From positions 3,701-67,700 of the forward strand of contig CAZFDE010000005.1 of the NCBI GenBank assembly GCA_964517795.1: a stretch of 64,000 bases of DNA. The letters run 5' to 3'. Position numbers and translations under genes: made by a program. This stretch comes from an uncultured Pirellulales bacterium. GTDB lineage: Bacteria > Planctomycetota > Phycisphaerae > Sedimentisphaerales > Anaerobacaceae. Numbering within the stretch: position 1 is the stretch's first letter; each line of letters starts with the position of its first letter. Of this stretch, positions 58,346 through 64,000 are shown piece after piece. Under the pieces are notes generated by a model. The model searched no databases and was not told the origin of the DNA. It saw only the letters and a list, made by a program, of their open reading frames with translations.

Positions 58346-59685
58346 GTTTGTAGATTTTGCATCGTGACCTCATTTACCGTAGCAATAAGGCCATTTTTGT
58401 GGTGCGTTTCTATAACCCCAGTTTGCAATTTTTATTGGCTATTATCAATTCGGCAAGATGATCCTTGATCTGAGATTCATTAATTTTGATAACATTATTA
58501 AAGTTCTTGTGCTGTTGTGACGATTCATTGTTATGCATCGTTCTGTCCTTTCTTTGTTTTAATGGTTAATAATTATTTTTATACCATCGACCAAAGAAAG
58601 GACTCTTTTAATTTCAATTTCAAATGTGCGAAAAATATTATACGTTCCCGCTTGAAAAACACCTCGACACCCCAGCGACATTTATACAAATCACAAATAC
58701 TGCTCGGTGCCCATATCATATTGTTTGTGATAAATGTCATTGTTTTTTTCACGCCATTAATTTCCACTTCAGCTGTAATTAAACGTAATCTCTGCGGGTA
58801 AGCCTTGCGGCTTTTCAGTGTTTTAAGTTCGATTAATACATCGCTAAGAATATCACCCTTTGGTTTTGTATGCCGTTTAACAATACGATACTGCATATTG
58901 TCTTTAGCACGAGTAACCCAGAAAACGCATCGTCTGTCAAGGTCAGCCAGATGCGTGAAATCCACGTAGGCCTTATCAAACACCGATATTTCGCCACTTT
59001 TAAGATTCAGGCAGAGGCGATAGGCTTCGGTGGAATCATGCGTAGAAGCCTCTTTGACGATAGCGAATTGCGGCAGAAATGTCTGGAGGTTAAGCTGCAT
59101 ATGACACTTTGCCGCCGCTTTACGCCTGCGATGTTTGGCCCAGTCAATACAATTTGCAACAAGCTGAATAGTGGTTGAGTCAATTGCATAGATTGTTCGC
59201 TTGAACCGTCTTGGCAGACCGGAATACTTATGGTTACGCCCGAAGTCGGGGTGTTTGTTTTCGATATGGGACAGCACATCCCAGAAGAGTGTTTGTGCCA
59301 TATTGGGGTCTCGAACACGGTTTGCATGCGACAGGCCATTCCTGCTGGGCGGTGTTGCACCGCGAATAGTTGTCAAAACTCCCGAATGATTACGCAATGT
59401 GTCTGCCACGTCGTTGAGCGATAGGCTGTGTGCAATCTGGACGTGCAACATAGCAACAACATGCGACCAAGGCGAAAAAGATCGTGCTTTCTTGTCTATT
59501 CCGAAAGACCGGGCAAGTTTTGGAACAAGATGAGCTGGAATATGCTGGCATATTTGATTGAGAATGGTATAGTTATGTTTAGCTGGCTTCATGAGTTACT
59601 CCTATTTTTTTCACGATTATAGTGTAACTCAGAAGCCGCTATTTTAGAAGAAATCTCATAGTTAATTTCCTATGGGATGGCTGTG
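58330..59685 (-). mobile_element. IS4-family-like insertion sequence (1356 bp) with terminal inverted repeats and a 9-bp target-site duplication
   Basis: IRL at 58330-58346 is CACAGCCATCCCATAAG. The reverse complement of IRR (59669-59685) is CACAGCCATCCCATAGG, a 16/17 match. Direct repeats CAGTCATTA at 58321-58329 and 59686-59694 flank the IRs. The element is visibly GC-richer than the surrounding island. Confidence 0.85.
58579..59592 (-). CDS. IS4-family DDE transposase (DUF4372-type N-terminus); C-terminus possibly degenerate
   Basis: N-terminus: ILNQICQHIPAHLVPKLARSFGIDKKARSFSPWSHVVAMLHVQIAHSLSLNDV. DDE region with YAIDSTTI and VFDKAYVDF. C-terminal YKCRWGVEVFFK is followed by a short atypical tail and about 250 bp of non-coding sequence. 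Confidence 0.75.
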   Translation of the reverse strand: MKPAKHNYTILNQICQHIPAHLVPKLARSFGIDKKARSFSPWSHVVAMLHVQIAHSLSLNDVADTLRNHSGVLTTIRGATPPSRNGLSHANRVRDPNMAQTLFWDVLSHIENKHPDFGRNHKYSGLPRRFKRTIYAIDSTTIQLVANCIDWAKHRRRKAAAKCHMQLNLQTFLPQFAIVKEASTHDSTEAYRLCLNLKSGEISVFDKAYVDFTHLADLDRRCVFWVTRAKDNMQYRIVKRHTKPKGDILSDVLIELKTLKSRKAYPQRLRLITAEVEINGVKKTMTFITNNMIWAPSSICDLYKCRWGVEVFFKRERIIFFAHLKLKLKESFLWSMV

Positions 59686-59946
59686 CAGTCATTACATAGG
59701 TAATTAAGGGTAAGCAAATGCCAGTTGAAGATGAAAACATGCATGAAACCTTTTTACTAAAAGAATATGACAATATTGCAAAGGCACACTTTACTACGGT
59801 CGGAGCAAGGCTATTAGCAAATCTTTACTGCTGCCGGTTAAATTTGCAAACATTTTTAATGTTGACTTCATTAGCTATATGCCTAAATAAATATCTTGTG
59901 TTGTTGATTTAGGGCTTTATAATATTCGGTGAAAGGATTAGTAAGA

Positions 59947-60534
59947 ATGAAAAAGGTTTTTCGTGATTTTATAGGCATTTTTTTAGGAATTATTGTAGGT
60001 ATAGCAATTTATCACTTCTACATAAACTTCCAGACTTCCTCACATAAATCTTTTCTAAATACAACAGCCAATAATCCTCAGGCAACTGATAAGGATTTTG
60101 CTAAATTAACCAATGATGTAACACCAAAAGCAAGTAACGAAACAAACATTTCTTCTGCTGAATTTTATTTATGTGAAATAAGCGATTTTTATGAAAGTCT
60201 TATTACGGTGTTATATTCAACAATAGGTATTTTGCTTGTAGTAAGTTTTATCTACGTTTATACAAGGTCCAGAAGTCATGCAGAAGAAATGGCACGTGAA
60301 GCACTTAAGGAAGAGGCATTTTTGATTGCTCTTAAAGACAAGATTCAAAGATCATTTACTGCATTGAAAAATGAAGGAGAAATAGCTGATTTAATTGAAA
60401 AAACGTCAGATTTAAATGAGAGAATAGAGTTTTTAGAAAAAGCTATAACAAAGCAAAGCTATGAAATAAACTCAACCACAAATTCTCAAGACGCACAAGG
60501 AGAAAAAAATAGTGGCGATAATAAGAAGGCATAG
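59947..60534 (+). CDS. Membrane protein with two TM helices and a C-terminal coiled coil
   Basis: The ATG at 59947 gives MKKVFRDFIGIFLGIIVGIAIYHF. The second TM helix is LITVLYSTIGILLVVSFIYVY, followed by a heptad-like EEMAREALKEE...ERIEFLEKAI segment. Confidence 0.5.
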   Translation: MKKVFRDFIGIFLGIIVGIAIYHFYINFQTSSHKSFLNTTANNPQATDKDFAKLTNDVTPKASNETNISSAEFYLCEISDFYESLITVLYSTIGILLVVSFIYVYTRSRSHAEEMAREALKEEAFLIALKDKIQRSFTALKNEGEIADLIEKTSDLNERIEFLEKAITKQSYEINSTTNSQDAQGEKNSGDNKKA

Positions 60535-61051
60535 TAGGCGTACGAAGGCAAGTGATCATGATTTAGTTGATACACCTGCGAGATTACTTGAATTTGCCCG
60601 AAAAAATAATTTGGAACTTTTGCCATTGGACATTGAAGGTGTTGGTAACAAGTTAAGTATCAAAATTAGCAGAACCTCTTTGGAAGATGATGTATCAGGG
60701 GTTCTTCAAGAGAATAAGAGCGATAATAGCTGGGAGCTCTTAATAAATAAAAACCACCATCCTAATAGACAACGTTATACGATCGCTCACGAAGTTGGTC
60801 ACTATTGCCTACATCGTCATTTGAAGACTGAATTTAAAGATAAAATTTTTTTTCGAGGCGGTGATACTACTAGACAAGAACTGCAAGCTAACTCTTTTGC
60901 AAGTGAAGTTTTGATGCCAGAGCATGAATTTCGGAGGTTAGTAAGAGAAGGAACTAAAAGTATAGAACAATTAGCAAATATATTCAAAGTATCGACTTTA
61001 GCGTTAAGAATTAGAGCTAAAAATCTAGGTATGTCAGGGCATGGATTATGA
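60512..61051 (+). CDS. ImmA/IrrE-family (COG2856) zinc metallopeptidase
   Basis: HExxH motif in the family context YTIAHEVGHYCLH, plus the downstream ELQANSFASEVLMPEHEF. It overlaps both neighbouring genes. Confidence 0.85.
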   Translation: MAIIRRHSRRTKASDHDLVDTPARLLEFARKNNLELLPLDIEGVGNKLSIKISRTSLEDDVSGVLQENKSDNSWELLINKNHHPNRQRYTIAHEVGHYCLHRHLKTEFKDKIFFRGGDTTRQELQANSFASEVLMPEHEFRRLVREGTKSIEQLANIFKVSTLALRIRAKNLGMSGHGL

Positions 61052-62175
61052 AAAAGTGCAAATTGTTTTATTGTCCAATTATCAAAACAGGTGATGCTGA
61101 AATAAGAGGCTTAGAAAACCTTGATGAAGAAGTCAAAAACCACATCACCCCATTAATAGAATTGACGCGTTCACGTTCAACAAAAAAACTACCCCGAGGA
61201 GACATATTTCGTCGTATTAAAAGATTAAAACAAGCATATGGAGAAAGACGATTTATTTTAGATCTTACAAGTATCCCCGAATTAACAAATATGCAAATTG
61301 AGGACTTACTTAAATCTGAGGGAAACTACCAGAATTGGATAGACTTTTTGATAGATCTAAAAGAGGAACTTCCACTTTTAATACCAACTATTCTTGTTAC
61401 AGATGACGTAGATGACCTTTCGGAAATTAATGGACGACTTCAACGAGAAGCAAAAGAGTTAAACAAATCCTTTGATTGGATAACATATAGGTTTGAAATA
61501 CAGGATGAGGAATATGAATCAGATCTGGATATTATTAAAACGGAAATAGATTTAGCACATAAATTAATATGCGTAATTGATTGTAATTTTATTAGTCAAC
61601 AAAAGGCTTCTATCTATTCTAATACAATTGAGAACACTATCAAGAAACTTATAAACTTGGGAGTTCATAATATTATTGTTGCCGGCACTTCTTTCCCGCA
61701 AAATCCCACAGAATTTGGGGAAGAAAAATATGGCGAATATAAATTAGAAGAGGTATTAACATTTGAGAAAGTCCATAAAGATATAAATCGTGATTTCAAT
61801 AAAAAAATAAATCTAATATACGGGGATTATGCTTCCGTTAATCCTAACAGAAATGATCAAAGAGGCGGAAGTCCTTGGATACCAAGGATAGATATCCCCA
61901 TGTCGCAGAATCTATTTTATTTTAGATATAGGAGAAACAAAGATATCGAAGAAACATATGATCAAGCCTATAAAAAAGTTGCACGCCAAATCGTTCGTGA
62001 CGATCGCTATAAAAAAATAAGAAAAAAATTAAATTCATGTTGGGGGGTACAACAAATAGAAATGGCCGCCAATAATTCTCCTCCAGGACTTTCGCCTTCT
62101 TTTTGGATATCGGTAAGGATGAATATTCATATTACACTTCAGCTATCTCGTATTTTATCTAGAATAAATCTTTGA
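61048..62175 (+). CDS. Beta_protein (PF14350) / sce7725-like family protein
   Basis: The N-terminal pattern LFYCPIIKTGDAEIRGLENLDEEVKNHITPLIEL matches my memory of the family signature (Y.P.lK.k.gE..AL..L......itPLiE). It overlaps the ImmA gene by 4 nt. Confidence 0.5.
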   Translation: MKKCKLFYCPIIKTGDAEIRGLENLDEEVKNHITPLIELTRSRSTKKLPRGDIFRRIKRLKQAYGERRFILDLTSIPELTNMQIEDLLKSEGNYQNWIDFLIDLKEELPLLIPTILVTDDVDDLSEINGRLQREAKELNKSFDWITYRFEIQDEEYESDLDIIKTEIDLAHKLICVIDCNFISQQKASIYSNTIENTIKKLINLGVHNIIVAGTSFPQNPTEFGEEKYGEYKLEEVLTFEKVHKDINRDFNKKINLIYGDYASVNPNRNDQRGGSPWIPRIDIPMSQNLFYFRYRRNKDIEETYDQAYKKVARQIVRDDRYKKIRKKLNSCWGVQQIEMAANNSPPGLSPSFWISVRMNIHITLQLSRILSRINL

Positions 62176-62800
62176 CATTCCCACTTAGAGATATAAGATC
62201 ATCTATATGCATTTCTTTGCCTTTATCCTTCAAAAATAGGTTAAATAGCTTTTTGTACCTAGTTCGAGTGACCATCAAAGATGCTTGGCGAATTTCGCTT
62301 AGATTAAGTTTTTGATGAGCTAAATACCTCACCTGATCAGTTGAGTAATTATTTATATTACTAAGCTTTAAGAGCCTAGCAATTTCTCCTTTTTTCAAAA
62401 ACATTAACAGAGAATATTTGTCTAGTCTTTTTCTTAATTTAGCTTTTCTGATCACCTTGAATGTTTTTTCTTCAAATGATATTAACCCTGTATAATTCGT
62501 TATTTTTTTCTTTGCTTCAGATAGATGTTTAGGTGTCGTTACGATTGAAACTTTATCAAATGTTTTATGGTAATCTGCTAATTGAGATTTAAGTTTTTTT
62601 AAAGTATCGCGATTGCCTTTTATCTCAAAAGCATGAGTCTCGCTGTTGATAGTTACTAAATCTGCTTTTCTTTTATTGACCGAAAATAATACTTCTGTCC
62701 CAATGGCACTGTTTCTTTTATTGAAATCTAAATTCCCAGATAGTAGCCATTGTATTAAATAAATTTTTAAATGTTCTGCATCACTTTTGGGCATTTGCAT
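62159..62800 (-). CDS. PD-(D/E)XK-fold protein, sce7726/MmcB-like
   Basis: Core sequence GTEVLFSVNKRKADLVTINSETHAFEIKGNRDTLKKLKSQLADYHKTFDKVSIV, showing the E...D...ExK pattern plus the D-T-L..L..Q...Y pattern typical of sce7726-type proteins. Its 3' end overlaps the convergent gene by 17 nt. Confidence 0.5.
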   Translation of the reverse strand: MQMPKSDAEHLKIYLIQWLLSGNLDFNKRNSAIGTEVLFSVNKRKADLVTINSETHAFEIKGNRDTLKKLKSQLADYHKTFDKVSIVTTPKHLSEAKKKITNYTGLISFEEKTFKVIRKAKLRKRLDKYSLLMFLKKGEIARLLKLSNINNYSTDQVRYLAHQKLNLSEIRQASLMVTRTRYKKLFNLFLKDKGKEMHIDDLISLSGNVKDLF

Positions 62801-63090
62801 ATAAAAATAGTATATGATAGTTGTTAAATATGGTTTTTGATGAAGTCGTACAATTTGCCTTCATAAATTTATTAAAATTTTATCCTTATGTACCTTATGA
62901 TAATTGGTTTTGTTCTAGAAGTCAATTACAGAATTATCCTGAGCAATCAACTAACACGTTTTTTGCCATATCTACTCGAGTTTTAAGCAATATGGTGATA
63001 TTGACAAAATCTTACCGAGATAATAAAATATAGGTAGCATATTCAAACGAGAATAAGCATTATCACCCCGGCTATTCAGTCGAAACATAT

Positions 63091-63175
63091 CGGTCATCCA
63101 CTCGAAAGGTCTCTGTCATTTAAACGAATAGCCTCGGTCATTTAATCGAGAAAACTGTCAGATAATTTGCACTTT
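63091..63175 (+). repeat. Iteron-like direct repeats (3-4 copies, about 22-bp period) upstream of the rep gene
   Basis: Copies start at 63091 (CGGTCATCCACTCGAAAGG), 63113 (CTGTCATTTAAACGAATAG), 63135 (CGGTCATTTAATCGAGAAA) and, in degenerate form, 63155 (CTGTCAGATAATTTGC). The spacing is 22, 22 and 20 bp. Confidence 0.6.
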
Positions 63176-63285
63176 TATTCGTACATTCAGCTTTTCGAGC
63201 CACTTCTCATAGTTTTAATAATAATTTAATAACGTTTTCATACGTCAGCCTTAACCAGGTCGACAAAAAACGTTTCTAAAATTTT

Positions 63286-64000
63286 ATGGCATACGAAAAT
63301 TTCACAAGGGATGAACTAATTAAAAACAAAAAGTCGAAATTTTGGAATTTACCCGAATATGTATGGGCGGAGGTACTTATAGAAACCTTAGGGTTCTTTA
63401 CGCCGTCGAGCAAAAGAATAAAAGACATATACACGAAGGTAAAACGAATATTACATAAAAACAAAGAAACAGGCAGTCAACAGATTATCGAAATAACAAT
63501 CAGTGCAAACCATAAATTGGGCCTGCCGACAACAAAGGACTGCGATTACTACCGGGCTTTTCTTAAAATCTGCGATGAGCAGGTAGATCATAACCATAAA
63601 TTCAAATTACCCATTAAAGTACCCACTCGAAGGCTTATTCGTTATGCTGGCAAAAAAGAAGGCAGCAGAACGAGAAAAGAGGTAAGAGAATGGTTCGATA
63701 GGATGATAGGGACAATTATAAAAGGCGGAGTGTATAGGGCTAAAAACGAAGAATATGATGTAGGATTTACTGGCACGCTATTTTCACAAGTGGTTATGTA
63801 TGGCGAGCACAAGAGAACGGGTGAAATAGCAGATACCAATTACGTATGGCTTTCACCCTGGTTTCTTTCAAACTATTCCTATCACTATGTAAGAAGAATT
63901 GACCTGAACTTTTACAAAAGACTGCGTAAGCCCATAGCAAAAGCCCTTTATCCGCTTTTGGAAACGGGCTTTTATGCTTCAAATTCAACAAGTTATTCCA
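63286..64000 (+). CDS. Putative plasmid-type replication initiator protein (RepA/RPA-like), 3'-partial
   Basis: The frame is open from the ATG at 63286 to the window edge (238 codons, absent from the ORF track because it has no stop). Segments LGLPTTKDCDYYRAFLKI and LSPWFLSNY..RIDLNFYKRLRKPIAKALYPLL resemble replication initiator A-type proteins. Iterons lie upstream. Confidence 0.45.
   Translation, partial: MAYENFTRDELIKNKKSKFWNLPEYVWAEVLIETLGFFTPSSKRIKDIYTKVKRILHKNKETGSQQIIEITISANHKLGLPTTKDCDYYRAFLKICDEQVDHNHKFKLPIKVPTRRLIRYAGKKEGSRTRKEVREWFDRMIGTIIKGGVYRAKNEEYDVGFTGTLFSQVVMYGEHKRTGEIADTNYVWLSPWFLSNYSYHYVRRIDLNFYKRLRKPIAKALYPLLETGFYASNSTSYS

Larger units (their letters stand above)
43401..64000. 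mobile_element. Integrated mobile genetic element / genomic island (integrase, T4CP-like ATPase, defence cargo, rep gene); right end lies beyond the window
   Basis: Composition and codon usage shift abruptly to AT-rich from about 43.2 kb. A tRNA is adjacent to a tyrosine integrase, excisionase-type HTHs are present, and iterons plus a replication initiator lie at the window end. Confidence 0.8.

Noticed and set aside
58420-58535. A minus-strand peptide (…INESQIKDHLAELII…) vaguely resembling the N-terminus of IS256-family transposases, which might indicate a nested IS fragment.
   Set aside because: The similarity covers only about 12 residues. The segment lies inside the boundaries of a single IS defined by clean IRs and a TSD. 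No further IS256-like sequence follows.
58517-58801. A 94-aa plus-strand ORF inside the IS.
   Set aside because: It is antisense to the transposase 3' region and has a low-complexity hydrophobic translation with no motif.
62821-63033. A 70-aa ORF between the sce7726-like gene and the iterons.
   Set aside because: It has no RBS and no motif, and it lies in AT-rich intergenic sequence where random ORFs of this size are expected.
43401-64000. A search for an attR-type direct repeat of the tRNA-Arg sequence, and for any CRISPR-like spaced repeats, within the island.
   Set aside because: I saw no second copy of a tRNA segment and no regularly spaced repeat array by eye. The island's far end is probably outside the window, so its boundaries remain undetermined.

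Overview
The window splits into two compositionally distinct parts.

**(1) About 1-43.2 kb: a visibly GC-richer chromosomal backbone.**
- It opens with pepA (5' partial), folE and a queD-like gene, followed by a secreted ADP-ribosylglycohydrolase-fold protein with dockerin-like repeats.
- Next comes a glycan (O-antigen/EPS, Wzx/Wzy-type) biosynthesis cluster of about 34 kb, from 5268 to 39329, with every gene on the + strand.
  - Nucleotide-sugar genes: an SDR epimerase/dehydratase, fkp, ugd, wecB, and a three-gene UDP-2-acetamido-2,6-dideoxy-L-hexose set.
  - Assembly genes: wzx, a wzy-like gene, about six GT4 glycosyltransferases and an initiating phosphoglycosyl transferase.
  - Decoration genes: a pyruvyl transferase with its FrhB-like partner, hexapeptide and GNAT acetyltransferases, an FkbH-ACP-aminotransferase module and a KamA-like radical SAM enzyme.
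  - Two large secreted beta-helix/discoidin proteins are embedded in the cluster.
- The backbone ends with VanZ, a SagB-nitroreductase/DJ-1 fusion and nadE.

**(2) From tRNA-Arg(TCT) at 43328-43400 to the window end: a visibly AT-rich integrated mobile element.**
- A tyrosine integrase.
- A 1120-aa TraD/VirD4-like ATPase fusion protein.
- A tightly coupled seven-gene operon (48631-58345): excisionase-type HTH, a 1135-aa mosaic of RNA-polymerase-derived DNA-binding modules, a PLD-nuclease/SF2-helicase, a 56-aa protein, a DndD-like SMC ATPase, a 145-aa protein and a B12-domain-like radical SAM enzyme. I consider this the best candidate for an undescribed DNA modification/restriction-type defence system.
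- An IS4-like insertion with clean inverted repeats and a 9-bp target duplication, which clips the last codons of the radical SAM gene.
- An ImmA/IrrE peptidase, Beta-protein (sce7725-like) and sce7726-like module.
- Iteron-like repeats in front of a 3'-partial plasmid-type replication initiator gene.

No rRNA and no CRISPR array were seen. All calls rest on motif recognition by eye; no database search was run.
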